Shown here: positions 31,401 through 41,631 of the stretch, piece after piece | How positions within the stretch are numbered: position 1 is the first letter of the stretch | Layout of the letters: each line of letters begins with the position of its first letter | Notes under the pieces: generated by a model | Database searches by the model: none | Told to the model about the DNA's origin: nothing | Seen by the model: the letters and a program-made list of their open reading frames with translations, nothing else | Made by a program: the position numbers and the translations under genes | From: Bdellovibrionales bacterium | Lineage (GTDB): Bacteria; Bdellovibrionota; Bdellovibrionia; Bdellovibrionales; UBA1609 | Assembly (NCBI GenBank): GCA_965219095.1 | Contig: CBDCMT010000001.1 | Coordinates: 1,088,001-1,152,000 of the forward strand | Direction: 5' to 3' | Length of the DNA stretch: 64,000 bases

Positions 31401-32596
31401 TCAACCTGATATTTTCCTTCTATTTTGGGAATCCAAGAAAACTTTAAAAGCTCCATGACCTCTTCAACATTGAACTCAGGCACTGCAACCTTTTCAAAAC
31501 GACGTTTAATAGCATCGTTGTCTTTAAATTTAGCCATAAATTCTTTTGAGGTTGTCGCTCCTATAAAATGAATGCCGTTACGCTCAGAATCTAAAAAAGG
31601 CTTCAAAGATTCAACTTGAGATTTACTTAATGTATGGACTTCATCTAAAAATACAATGATGGGTTTTTTTGTAGCTTCTTGAATGGCAAGTACAGCTTTA
31701 AAATAATCTTCTATAGCAGCGGCTTGTGCAGAGGAGCTATCCGACAAAGCTATTTTAGAAATACGAGCTGGTGATGTAGAAAGCAGTTCAGCTTTTCTTA
31801 AATAATCATAAAAACTCAGATCAGGGAATTCTTTGTCTATGATCATTTGTGTTATCTTTTCAACAACAGTGGTTTTTCCAGAACCTGCCGGACCGATAAG
31901 AATGGGGTTTTTTCCTTTCAACCTCACAAGAATGTCAATTGTATGATTAGCTTCCTCATTTCTTCTATAAATAGTACGCTCAGGAGAATTTCTTTGGATA
32001 TCAGTAAGGAATTCATTGGTTCCGTTAAACAAAGTATCTACATATTCCATCAGTTTTCTTGAAGATACCTTAAGCAATTGATCTTTAAAGTATAAACTTT
32101 CTTTATCTTCTAATTGAGGATTTGTTTCTATTTTTTCCTCAAGATTTTCTATAGAACTCTCTATATGAGAGAATGAACGAGGGTCTATTCTTTCTTTGTT
32201 TTTATCTATTAATCCCTTCAAGTCATTAAAGTTATCATCATATTTCTTATGCACCATATTGGATAAGCTTACTAAAGCATCTCCAACTATATACGAATTA
32301 GGAGCATTGGAGGCTTTTATAGAGAATTCCTTCTTAATAGTTTCCATCAAAAATTCTATGACAACATTATTGTGATACTCCCCTAATTTTTTAAGAGAGT
32401 TGCTAGCTTCTATAAGTTTTTGAGTTGAGCGTCTAGGATTATATTCATCTTGAACTGGGCTTATTTTGTTAAATAAATTATATGCTTCTTCAAGCTTTGT
32501 TGAATCAGTCTGTTCTTGTGCGAAAGTTAGCCCATGAAGAGCCGCTAAAATAAAAAAAATGCATAAATATGAAATGATTGTTTTTAATATTTTCAT
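28490..32596 (-). CDS. Signal-peptide protein with three Clp-type AAA+ modules and a C-terminal peptidase M41 domain
   Basis: Walker A GPAGSGKT, GSTGVGKT, GSTGTGKT; Walker B VFLDE, IIIDE, IVFDE; IGATT...F..D.A.KRRF; AYHEAGHAV...TIIPGG...GMSND. Confidence 0.88.
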   Translation of the reverse strand: MKILKTIISYLCIFFILAALHGLTFAQEQTDSTKLEEAYNLFNKISPVQDEYNPRRSTQKLIEASNSLKKLGEYHNNVVIEFLMETIKKEFSIKASNAPNSYIVGDALVSLSNMVHKKYDDNFNDLKGLIDKNKERIDPRSFSHIESSIENLEEKIETNPQLEDKESLYFKDQLLKVSSRKLMEYVDTLFNGTNEFLTDIQRNSPERTIYRRNEEANHTIDILVRLKGKNPILIGPAGSGKTTVVEKITQMIIDKEFPDLSFYDYLRKAELLSTSPARISKIALSDSSSAQAAAIEDYFKAVLAIQEATKKPIIVFLDEVHTLSKSQVESLKPFLDSERNGIHFIGATTSKEFMAKFKDNDAIKRRFEKVAVPEFNVEEVMELLKFSWIPKIEGKYQVEFEDNEVIRRVVEESLFIVPDNGRVSASIKALMDLAIFVQRRKGENKKTVSITKQDFSDFLIKRYDLPADPRDGVRFAKYADDLKKKLNEEVLGQSHMINDIVNLWLQNIQDKERRIRVGLLLGSTGVGKTMVAKEFTQLAFPSANNPVMHIDANTYKDGSLSLNALLGAPPGVISSDKTSGELMNWLDDPARGGKGGIIIIDEAERAHKDFWEKFMEFFDTGTITGADGKIRKANNVIILLTSNRGDNVLFPKGMKNWTEREWNEHITLLKDNPSMIKNIFREKVNGLDTAQLPNLILERVDSYIIANPIDLNLALRIARKKADQIIKDTEKTFKIKLEIDDKLIEYLVKNVFNPQNGVRIVIKNLEKYIGEAIVNFRSQWSLKDQEVIQISLLEKGSQVKVSSKRKKGGDEILSSAPKKKFKDVFENQEFINKLIHFKEIFTKSLIGQDELAEKISQAILAHKSFTNNKKPLSFFLLGSTGTGKTETARVIAKIFHGSEERAVIIPLSNITYTGQMNDIFGSPKGFAGSDRESLFERALRNNPTGGVIVFDEASNAGGYDKHLKETIMKHFYNLTDEGKWTSNVTDQTYNLSKYTFIFTGNDGEKIFQGVSHEDLRLAIWEEAKETEQLRKLLLEAGVPEAFLSRMSLIALYKPLLTSEVNVIVEKFLEPIKKETEKWGGKINYSKEFLNSFSEVFFTQGQGGRSLKNVVDQQIKSLITQARFRLTQENKQNDSITITLSLEDNLPKTFYVEGKDFKRKVSFTAEVSSKNTKLFQETLDVTQNATKKILLGKKEAKIVAYHEAGHAVLNDPHITGQKLVYLTIIPGGDVAGYARYEEENSSIPKLNLDREALVILVAQLLAGGISQKRAGYPYDTGMSNDYEKAQKVTKKFYESGAAGNSSWRKKKNFKNFRSEIFQEAEEVANKILDEKKETVEAFTQALLKEGALNEEKINNIINGVGGGVCNKIF

Positions 32597-33215
32597 GGCT
32601 TATCACTATTTTTTATCGAACACCCTCTTTAATTATTTAAAAATCACCAACCTTTAAGTGATTTTAAACTTTGTATTAGAGAAATTCAATAGAGTATGTA
32701 TTTTTTTTAATGAAATAATAAAATTTACATAAGAGCTTTATATTATCGAGACATTTTGACAAAAACTAGGCCTATTCTCTGTGTGTGGATTTTGAAGTGC
32801 AATCAGTATAGAAGAAAAATCAAAAAGATATCTATGAGAATCTCTTATGACAAAGAGTTTTCTGTGGATTCTGAAAGGGAGATTATAAAAACAAGTTTTA
32901 ATAAAAACTGCCAGAACCTCCGGGAACCCACAGATTCTTTTGAGGAGGCGATTTTTCTTTTAAGAACTCTTTTCTGAAATTTAAAGGTAAAATCAACTAT
33001 TCTACTCTATCAAAAATTATCAAATCTTGGGAATACTCCACATCCCTTTTGCTTCCAGGAGAATGCGGCACTGTAAATTAAATTGTGTAACTGATTTTTT
33101 CATTTTAAATTATGGACTCTTTTTTGTAACATTCTTTGCAAAGCTCTTAATAATCAGGTCTTTCGTTATTACATTTTAAAATCATATAAAGAAGAACACC
33201 TGTACCCTCACAGGT

Positions 33216-35067
33216 TTATCTAATCCTTTTTTCTTCTTTAAGTTTCTTTAAATCTACCAACTTCTTTTCTCTTTTCCTAGGAGCATGAGCTAAGACTTCT
33301 ATACTCTTAAAAGCAGGCTTTTTTTCGTTTTTTATATTAATAATAATCTGTTCTGCAAAAGATAGGGCTTGTTCCGAGGATGTCCCATTTCTCGGTGGAA
33401 TTCTGTTCAAAAATGGAGCAGATAAGAGGACTCCCTGGTGGATTTTTAAGTCCACCTAGGATTTAATAAATATTTAGAATGAATTAAAAATTAAACAAAA
33501 GGAGTCCAAAATGAAGAATACAAAAGAAAAAATATCAATTCAAGAACTATCGGATCACAAGGAGATTCAAGATGCTGTTCATAACTATATGAAGCATAGA
33601 ATTCTTGACGTAATCTACTGGATATTTAATGACGAAGTCACTAAGCTCTGTGGTCCACTATACGATCGAGAGGAAGAATGCATGCGAAATGGAAGCGATC
33701 CTGGGTCTGTTTATGCTCAAGGACAAAGAGTTTCGATTCGAAAGCCCAGAGTTAAAAAAGACGGAAAAGATGTCAAACTGCGAACATACTCTGCTTTGAG
33801 AAACTACGATGTTTTCACTGAAAAGATTCAGAACCACCTTCTCCATGGAGTTTCAACAAGGGACTACGATCCTCTTTTAGAGGAGATCTCTGGTGGCACA
33901 GGAGTTAAGAAGAGTTCTGTTTCTAGAGCTTTTGTAAATTCCTCTAAGAAGGCTTTAGATGAGATAAGCTCTAAGGACTTGTCTAAGCATGAGTTTGTTT
34001 CAGTCATGATAGATGGAGTAGGCTTTGGAGATCGTACAGTGGTGGTTGCTTTAGGTATCGACGTGACGGGCAAAAAGCACATTATAGGGTTACGAGAAGG
34101 AACTACAGAAAATTGCGAGCTGACAAAAGATCTTTTAGAGAACCTTGTTTCTAGAGGTATGGATTCAGATAAGGGCTATCTTTTTGTTATTGATGGTTCT
34201 AAAGCTCTAAGGAAGGCTATCAAGGCAGTTTGGGGAAAAAAGTCTGTTGTTCAACGTTGCATTCGTCACAAAGAAAGAAATATCCTCAATTATTTGCCAA
34301 AAGAAAGACATCAAGAGTTTCGCATTCGTTGGAAAAGACTTCATGGTTCAGTAGATTATGAATCGGCTTTGAAAGAGCATGAGGAGTTAGTTTGTTGGTT
34401 GAAACAGATCAACCATTCAGCTTTAGAATCTCTTGAAGAAGCTTGTAAGGAGACTTTGACTGTGATTCGTCTTAAAGCTACTCCCTCCTTAAAAAAGACT
34501 TTACTGTCTACAAATCCTATAGAGTCCATGTTTTCCTACACAAGGTATAGAACAGGGAGAGTTAAGAACTGGAAAAGAGGAGCAGACCAAGTGAGTCGTT
34601 GGGCTGCTGTTACTCTCTTTGATGCTGAGAAAAGATTTAAACGAATCAGAGGCTTTATGTATTTAAAAAACTTTAAAGAAAACTTAGAAAAAATGGTTGC
34701 AAAACAAAGAAAGGTCGCTTAAACATGAAATCGCCCTCTAACTAATTCCACCGAGAAATGGGACATCCTCCTTGTTCCAGTCTCTTTTTATCTGTATATT
34801 GCCCCAAATGTTGAATGGTTTTTTGGATGACTTTATTCTGCACTCTCTTGTTCTCTACAATCTGAACTGAAATAGAACCATTTTCTCTTGAAATCTTTTT
34901 TACAAACATATTTAAATATTAAAAGAAGTTTCCAGTCCTGAAAAGACCTCAAAAAAAGATTTCTGACACTACAAATGCACTTTCTGGAAAAATACCCCCC
35001 AACTCTGTTTTAAACATAGCCTGCACACTTTTATGAAGTTTTAGTAGTGGAAAATGCTGAAGTCGGG
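33216..35067 (-). mobile_element. IS1634-family remnant interrupted by IS256
   Basis: ATG at 34909 gives MFVKKISRENGSISVQIVENKRV..., which rejoins ...EQALSFAEQII after IS256 is removed; end CCCGACTTCAGC. Confidence 0.8.
33376..34770 (+). mobile_element. IS256-family element, intact (CDS 33511-34722)
   Basis: 27-bp perfect IRs GAGGATGTCCCATTTCTCGGTGGAATT; 8-bp TSD CTTGTTCC; GVSTR, IDG, QRCIRHK and STNPIES motifs. Confidence 0.96.
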
Positions 35068-35420
35068 ACACTCTAAAAATTTAACAAAGTTTGATCAAAA
35101 AATCAGAACGCTATGCGATAAAAGAATGTCGAATTATTTTTTGGAATTGGTATGAAGAGGATGTTTCTTAGATTTTAAAGGAGAAGTTTTTATTGATCTT
35201 GTTGTAAAACGACTTTACAGGGACAATCTCGAAAGTTCGCTAAAACATTACAAAAAAAGTCACTTAGGCCTAGCTAAAAATTAGACACTTTAACCCCTTA
35301 AAATTATTACACTTTTTCTGATCCGGGAAAAATCTTTATCAATCTAACAGGGTTGGTCTTTAGGGGATTTTCTAGAAACAAAAAAATCAAGCAATTTCAA
35401 TAGGTTAAAAAATGCCTTTT

Positions 35421-35436
35421 TGGCACACTTTGTGCT
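35421..35436 (+). promoter_or_regulatory. Candidate sigma-54 promoter
   Basis: TGGCAC-N5-GTGCT with correct -24 GG / -12 GC spacing, 12 bp before ATG 35448. Confidence 0.5.
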
Positions 35437-35447
35437 TCTAAAAGGGT

Positions 35448-36581
35448 ATGAAAGAGAATATGATAGCTTTTATTTCAGGTATTTTCATAACTTTGTTTTT
35501 CCTCGTTCCTACAAAGAGAGAAAAACAAAGTAGTTTTTATCAAGATAAAAAGTCTTTTTTTGAAGAAAAATCTTATACAACAAAGATGGCAAATAAAAGA
35601 ATTCAGCTTCCTAGAAAACAATCTTACAAAAGAAAAAAACTAAGGCTCTCTAGTCGTGGAAAACAACTAAGGTTCTCTACTCATGGAAAAAAACTTCAAA
35701 AAACAGATTCTCTTATAAAAAACTCTAAAGATAAACGGGTGCATCAAGTGCAAATCGGTAATGAATCAAAGCCTTCAAAAAGCAAACAACTTCAAAAAAA
35801 TAAAGACAAAACAAATAGCAAAAAGGATGGTTCCTTGTCACAAAGCAAAAAAGAGTCTTACAAGAAAGATTCTAAAGCAAAAAAAACAGCACCCTCTTCT
35901 CTAAAGCCTCAAACGGCAATTACTTTATATCCTCCGCACTCTTTTGTTGAAAATGGAAAACGCCCTGCTCATATGAGAACAAAACCTAAAAACTTCCATT
36001 TCACAAATGAAGAAAAAACTCTCAGCCATTGGATGGATCGTATTGTAAAAAAGGAAGACAAAAAAGCTCTAGAAGAGTTTGTCTATTTTTTGAATTTAAA
36101 AAAGATCAAAAATTCTATCTTTAAAGATGTTTTAGAAGCTATGTTAGAAAAAGGATCTCTTTATCCAAAAGCTATGAATCTTTTAGAAAAAAACCCTTCC
36201 TCTCTATCCTTTTATATCTTAAGCCAACACTTAAGAAAGGTGTCAGATGAAGAGAAGGAAAACTCTTTAAGGGAGAGTCTGCATTCTTATTTAGAGCCTC
36301 ATAAAATAAGTTATCTCATACAAGTTTTAAGAAATGAAGGGCTTTCTTCTCAAACGACATACAAAGCTCTTGAAATCCTGTCTCAAAGGGAAGAAAACAT
36401 ACAAAACTTAGCTTATGACACAAAAAGAAACCTCTTTACCGCTTTAGCTTATTTCCAAGAAGAACACAATAAACTTCTTTATTCTCGAAAAGAACTTTCT
36501 AAACTAGAAGAAGAAAACTATAGTCTAGCTTATGATATTATGGGACTTATGAAGAGAATTGGTTCTTCAGAAGCTATTTAG
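35448..36581 (+). CDS. Membrane-anchored hypothetical protein (basic linker, helical C-domain)
   Basis: 377-aa ORF with an N-terminal hydrophobic segment. Confidence 0.75.
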   Translation: MKENMIAFISGIFITLFFLVPTKREKQSSFYQDKKSFFEEKSYTTKMANKRIQLPRKQSYKRKKLRLSSRGKQLRFSTHGKKLQKTDSLIKNSKDKRVHQVQIGNESKPSKSKQLQKNKDKTNSKKDGSLSQSKKESYKKDSKAKKTAPSSLKPQTAITLYPPHSFVENGKRPAHMRTKPKNFHFTNEEKTLSHWMDRIVKKEDKKALEEFVYFLNLKKIKNSIFKDVLEAMLEKGSLYPKAMNLLEKNPSSLSFYILSQHLRKVSDEEKENSLRESLHSYLEPHKISYLIQVLRNEGLSSQTTYKALEILSQREENIQNLAYDTKRNLFTALAYFQEEHNKLLYSRKELSKLEEENYSLAYDIMGLMKRIGSSEAI

Positions 36582-36693
36582 CTTTAGACTTTTTTCTTGT
36601 TTTTGATTTTTTCTCCTGACCTTCATCTATTTTTTTCCTTCTTCAGCTATAGAAATGATTAAAGGTTCCGATAATGAAATAAAGGGGAAGAAC

Positions 36694-37065
36694 ATGAAAG
36701 AAGTTATAAAAACTCTAAAAGCCAGGAATTTAATTTTAAAAAATTTTTACAAAAAAAATCGAGAACAAATTTCAAAAATGAAAGTCTCTCGAGATTTTGA
36801 TATTAGAAAATTCTATTTTCAAAAAGAGAGTTTATACCAACAGCTTAACTTTACAAATCAAAACCTTCGTGAATCTATGAAAGAACTTGAAGATCTATCT
36901 GCCTCCCATCTTATGATTTTTAAAAAAGATATTCTAAGAGAGCTTATGGTTAAGGATCATTTATCTAAAGCGATCCTTGATCAAGATCTTGAGATTCTCT
37001 CTATCTTAGATTCTATGAAATCAAACATCATCAGGAAGCTATCCACAGCAGATATTGCAGGTTGA
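36694..37065 (+). CDS. Coiled-coil hypothetical protein (possibly FlgN-like)
   Basis: Helical ORF with a GGGGA RBS before MKEVIK; the family guess is weak. Confidence 0.55.
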   Translation: MKEVIKTLKARNLILKNFYKKNREQISKMKVSRDFDIRKFYFQKESLYQQLNFTNQNLRESMKELEDLSASHLMIFKKDILRELMVKDHLSKAILDQDLEILSILDSMKSNIIRKLSTADIAG

Positions 37066-37095
37066 AATTTGATTGAAAAAGTTTAAACTATAGAT

Positions 37096-39000
37096 ATGGA
37101 CTTTCTATGGCTCTCTAGAGGAAACCTGCCCTTGCTTCTAAAAAATTCTTGCTATGCTTTTAAAGAGCTTAGAAAAAATGAAGCTCAAAATATAAAATCT
37201 TCTATCCTTGTTTTTGATAAAAGCTTCAAAGAAGTGTGGCATGAAAACCTTGCATCTGCAGTTAAAGTCTTTTTTTGCCACAACAAAAGTCAAGATCAAG
37301 GGCTTATTGAAGCTGTGAATGGCTTAAAAGTTTTTAGTGTTATCGATGAAGCAAGTTCAGAAAATGAAGTAGACTTTATTTTAAAAAAAGCTTTAAATCA
37401 CTATGAAGAAAAAAGTGCTCAAAAGCTTTTTTTAGAAGGCTTAAAATTAGAAAATGAAAAATTAGTACAAAAAAAATCTAAGAAAGAAAAAGAGTATCAT
37501 AAGTATACTCTAAATTTTAAACATATAAATTCAGAAACTCAAAAAGCTCTAAGAAAAAGAAAAGACATAGTACATTTAGCAAAAAAACTCTCTGGTATCA
37601 CAGTCATTGATGATTTTTTCAAAGTTCTTCAACAAGAGATAAAAATCTTTCATAAGGTTCACAGTCTTTATCTTGTTTATACGGATCATAATAAACAGTC
37701 CTTTCTCTTGTTTTCTAAAGAAAGGTTTATCAAAGAAAAACCCTTAGGAAGGGTTGACCGTCTTCTTCAAGCTTTCAACCATTCTCACAAGCTAGCAAAT
37801 CTTATCAAAAGGCCGGTTTTACCTATAAAACAATTTGTTCTTTTGAAGAATCCTCCTTGTACTCTCATTTTTGAAGCCACTTTAAATGTTGAAGAAGAAA
37901 AGGTGTTTTCGTCTTTTCTAGAGAAAAGACAAAAGATTCTAGAACTTACTTTTGAATTAGCCTTATTTCAAAATCAAATGAGAAAAACCATGCAAACGTG
38001 GGAAAAAGTTTTCAATGGCATACAAAACCCTCTTGCTGTAATCAAAAGAGATGGTTCCGTGATAAGAGCTAATAAACACTTCTTTCAGATGAACTTGTCC
38101 CGTAAATGCTATCAAACTCTACAAAATCAAAATAAGATTCGTGTTAATAGTTTTCTTGAAAACCACCTTTTTGAAGAAAAAACTCAACGAACCCCTATTG
38201 TTGTTAAAGACAAAATTTATGAACTTCATTCTTTTCCTATTAAGTTCTCTTATGAAAAAAAAACCTCTGCTGTTATTAATTATTACATTGATGTAACTAA
38301 GGCAAAAAAGCTTTATAGCCAAATGATACAAAATGAGAAAGCCATGGCTTTGGGACACTTAGCCCAGCAACTCACCCATGAACTTAACAACCCTTTAACA
38401 GGAATCAAGTCTATGGCCCAGATTTTATCTTCAAAAGCCTCGTCTGCGGTCAAAGAAGATCTCAACTACATTCAAGAAGGTGTAAATCAGTGTCTTTCTA
38501 TTATTCAAAATCTTCATGATTTTTCTTGTGAAGCACTTGATCTTAAAGTTGTATCCTTAAGGTTTCTTGTAGAAAAAACCCTTCCCCTTTTAAAATCTGC
38601 AGTCAGTTTTTTTGAAAGAGAGACCACATTGGATCAAAAACAAGATTTTGTAAAAATACAGCCTCAGCTTATACAGCAAGTGATCTTCAACCTTGTCAAA
38701 AACGCCTCCCAAGCTATGGAAAAGCACAAAGGAAAAATTGAAATCAGAACCAAAGTTTTAAAAAACACAGTGCGATTTTCCGTAAAAGATACAGGCTCAG
38801 GGATTGATGACAAGTTAAAAAAGGCCATCTATGAACCTTTTTTTACTACTAAATCATCTTCCGATGGAACAGGCCTAGGCCTTCATTTATGTAAAACTAT
38901 CATTGAAAAAATGGGGGGGGAACTTGACTTTCAAACTTCCCTTTCAAAAGGAAGCCTTTTTTATTTTGATCTACCCCGGATTGAAAGACACTCCCTATGA
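37096..39000 (+). CDS. Cytoplasmic sensor histidine kinase
   Basis: H-box HELNNPL, N-box NLVKNA, DTGSG, PFFTTK, GTGLGL. Confidence 0.92.
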   Translation: MDFLWLSRGNLPLLLKNSCYAFKELRKNEAQNIKSSILVFDKSFKEVWHENLASAVKVFFCHNKSQDQGLIEAVNGLKVFSVIDEASSENEVDFILKKALNHYEEKSAQKLFLEGLKLENEKLVQKKSKKEKEYHKYTLNFKHINSETQKALRKRKDIVHLAKKLSGITVIDDFFKVLQQEIKIFHKVHSLYLVYTDHNKQSFLLFSKERFIKEKPLGRVDRLLQAFNHSHKLANLIKRPVLPIKQFVLLKNPPCTLIFEATLNVEEEKVFSSFLEKRQKILELTFELALFQNQMRKTMQTWEKVFNGIQNPLAVIKRDGSVIRANKHFFQMNLSRKCYQTLQNQNKIRVNSFLENHLFEEKTQRTPIVVKDKIYELHSFPIKFSYEKKTSAVINYYIDVTKAKKLYSQMIQNEKAMALGHLAQQLTHELNNPLTGIKSMAQILSSKASSAVKEDLNYIQEGVNQCLSIIQNLHDFSCEALDLKVVSLRFLVEKTLPLLKSAVSFFERETTLDQKQDFVKIQPQLIQQVIFNLVKNASQAMEKHKGKIEIRTKVLKNTVRFSVKDTGSGIDDKLKKAIYEPFFTTKSSSDGTGLGLHLCKTIIEKMGGELDFQTSLSKGSLFYFDLPRIERHSL

Positions 39001-39353
39001 AAGTTTTAGTAATAGATGATGAAGAGCTTATAAGAAGAACTTTGGTGCATGTAGCTGAGAGCTTTGATTTTACAGTCAAAGAAGCTCAAGACAGTCATGA
39101 AGGAGAAAGAATTTGGTGTTCTTTTCAACCCGATCTAGTGTTTGTAGATGTTCTTATGCCAGGTCAAACGGGTCCAGAATTGATAAAAACGATGTCAAAA
39201 AGACATTCCTCAAAAATTGTCCTTATGTCAGCTCTCACTCAAGACTATGACACCAAAAAGGCCCAAGCTTTGGGTGCTGATTGGTTTGTAGGTAAACCTT
39301 TTGACAACATCTTTGATGTTTTTCAAAAAGCTAAGTGTCTCATAGACAAGTAA
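38997..39353 (+). CDS. Single-domain response regulator
   Basis: VIDDE, FVDVLMP, KPF. Confidence 0.92.
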   Translation: MKVLVIDDEELIRRTLVHVAESFDFTVKEAQDSHEGERIWCSFQPDLVFVDVLMPGQTGPELIKTMSKRHSSKIVLMSALTQDYDTKKAQALGADWFVGKPFDNIFDVFQKAKCLIDK

Positions 39354-39407
39354 GGCAAGACAAGTTTTTTTCTTGACAAGACCTTATAAACCAAAGAAGT
39401 ATTAAGT

Positions 39408-39893
39408 ATGAAGAAAACGGCTCTTTATGCTGGAAGCTTTGATCCCATCACTTACGGGCATATAGATCTTATTGAAAAAGCTCAAAAAATTTTTAATAAA
39501 ATCATTGTTCTTGTCTCTTCTTCTGAAAAAAAACCCCCTCTCTTCTCATTAAAAGAACGTCTCAATCTTGTAAGAGAAAGCGTCAAGCATTTTCAATCTG
39601 TAGAGGTTGATTCCTCTGAAATCCTTACAGCAGAGTATGCTAGAGAAAAAGATATTTGTATTTTGCTAAGAGGCCTTCGTACAGCATCTGATCTTGACTA
39701 CGAACTGCGTTTGAATTGGATGAATCAACAAATCAACAAATCATTGGAAACAGTTTTTGTCACTCCCTGTCCTAAAAATTTCCTTATTTCTTCTCAAATT
39801 ATAAAAGAAATCGCAAAAATAAAACCTAAGGAATTAGAAAATTTTGTTCCTCCTTTAGTGGCTCAAAAGCTAAAAGAAAGATTGAGCCTATGA
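39408..39893 (+). CDS. coaD: Phosphopantetheine adenylyltransferase
   Basis: GSFDPITYGH, RGLR, ISS. Confidence 0.95.
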   Translation: MKKTALYAGSFDPITYGHIDLIEKAQKIFNKIIVLVSSSEKKPPLFSLKERLNLVRESVKHFQSVEVDSSEILTAEYAREKDICILLRGLRTASDLDYELRLNWMNQQINKSLETVFVTPCPKNFLISSQIIKEIAKIKPKELENFVPPLVAQKLKERLSL

Positions 39894-41071
39894 ATCAACT
39901 GTCACAAAGAGCTTGCAATTTAAAAAGCTCTCCCACACTTCGTTTAAACCAAAAGACAAAAGAACTAAGAGATAGAGGTGAAAAAGTAATTTCCTTTGCA
40001 ACAGGAGAGCCTCAATGGCAGGCACCTCAATACGTTATTGAAACTGAATATGAAAGCCTTAAAAAAGGGGCCACTCGCTACACTCCTTCTTCAGGAATAG
40101 AGGAGCTTAAAAGTGCTATTGTCAACAAAATTAGAAAGAATCTCTTTCTAGACTATGAAGTAAATGATGTTAGTGTTTCCACAGGAGCTAAGTTTGCCAC
40201 CTTCGCAGGCCTTCAAATTCTTTGTGATCCTAAAGACGAAGTCATTGTGATAGCACCTTATTGGGTTAGTTATCCTGAGATGATTCGTTTAGCAGGTGCT
40301 ACACCTTCTGTGATTTCTACTTCCAGAGAATCAAACTTTAAACTCACAGCCGAACAGTTAAAAAGACACATCAATGAGAATACAAAAGCTCTCATACTTA
40401 ACAATCCTGTCAATCCAACAGCTCAAGTTTACACAAAACAGGAGTTAGAAGGCTTAGCTAAAGTTTTAAGGCGTCATCCTCAAGTTTTTGTTCTTTGTGA
40501 TGATGTTTATTATGATCTCTCCTTTAGTCGTCCTACGCACTTTTTAGAAATAGCTGGCGATTTAAAAGATAGAACCCTTCTTTTAAATTCTGTATCTAAA
40601 AGCTATTCTATGACAGGCTGGAGGATTGGTTGGTCTGTGTGCTCTCATAAAGAGGTCATTTCGGCCATTAACAAATATCAAAGCCAATCCATTAGCTGTA
40701 CTTCTCATGCAGGACAATTTGCTGCTGCTGCAGCTCTTCAATCAGGTGATCTTTTTATTAAAGAATCTCTTGAAAAACTCATTGATAAAAAAAATTTTGT
40801 TATGACAAAACTTTCAGAATTAGATCTTAAAGCTATTACCCCTCAGGCTACATTCTACCTCTGGGTATGTATTGAAGACTATCTTACAGGGCCTTTAAAA
40901 ACCTCTCGTGAATTTTCAGAAGCTCTTCTAGAAAAACATATGGTGGTTGCTGTTCCCGGTATTGACTTTGGACTAGATGGTTACTTACGTTTAAGCTATT
41001 GTCTTAGTTTTGAAGACATTAGAGAGGGGCTGATGCGTTTGAAACTTTTTACATCTTCTTTAAAAAACTAG
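39890..41071 (+). CDS. aspC: Class I/II PLP aminotransferase (aspartate aminotransferase-like)
   Basis: PYWVSY, NNPVNPT, SKSYSMTGWRIG. Confidence 0.88.
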   Translation: MNQLSQRACNLKSSPTLRLNQKTKELRDRGEKVISFATGEPQWQAPQYVIETEYESLKKGATRYTPSSGIEELKSAIVNKIRKNLFLDYEVNDVSVSTGAKFATFAGLQILCDPKDEVIVIAPYWVSYPEMIRLAGATPSVISTSRESNFKLTAEQLKRHINENTKALILNNPVNPTAQVYTKQELEGLAKVLRRHPQVFVLCDDVYYDLSFSRPTHFLEIAGDLKDRTLLLNSVSKSYSMTGWRIGWSVCSHKEVISAINKYQSQSISCTSHAGQFAAAAALQSGDLFIKESLEKLIDKKNFVMTKLSELDLKAITPQATFYLWVCIEDYLTGPLKTSREFSEALLEKHMVVAVPGIDFGLDGYLRLSYCLSFEDIREGLMRLKLFTSSLKN

Positions 41072-41142
41072 TCTTTTATCTAAGTTTACCTTTACAGACC
41101 TTTGTTTTAAAATAAAAGTGTCCTTATATTAGGAATTTAGAT

Positions 41143-41631
41143 ATGGCTTTTCTTATTTTTATACAGATGGTTTTTAATGTGGCTCTTAGTTTTTTTGTAT
41201 TAGCTTTGTTAAAAAAACAAAATGCAGATAGGAAAGATGAAAGACTTAGTCAAGCCCTTAGGCTTTTAGAGAAAAAAATATCACTCCTTCAAGAACTTTC
41301 TAGGCAGATTGATCATCAAGTTTTTTCTACAGCTAACGCATATAAGATGGGCAGATCAAAAATAGAGAAAGCAAAAAAACAAACTCAAACCTTTAAAGAC
41401 AGCTGTGATCAATTTAAAAATAAAAACAGCAAAGACAACTGGCCTTCTAAAGTTTATGACTTTAAAAACCATGTATCCCTAAAAGCTAAGTCTTTTGCTT
41501 ATGATTTAAAGAACGTTGCTTCTAAAGAGCCTCCCTTAACTTTAAAAGATAAGCTTCAAACAAAAAAGGACAAGCCTCAAACAAATTTAAAACTTATTTC
41601 AAAAGATGATTCACCAGAAGACAGCTTATAA
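41143..41631 (+). CDS. Membrane-anchored coiled-coil hypothetical protein
   Basis: N-terminal transmembrane segment plus heptad pattern. Confidence 0.65.
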   Translation: MAFLIFIQMVFNVALSFFVLALLKKQNADRKDERLSQALRLLEKKISLLQELSRQIDHQVFSTANAYKMGRSKIEKAKKQTQTFKDSCDQFKNKNSKDNWPSKVYDFKNHVSLKAKSFAYDLKNVASKEPPLTLKDKLQTKKDKPQTNLKLISKDDSPEDSL

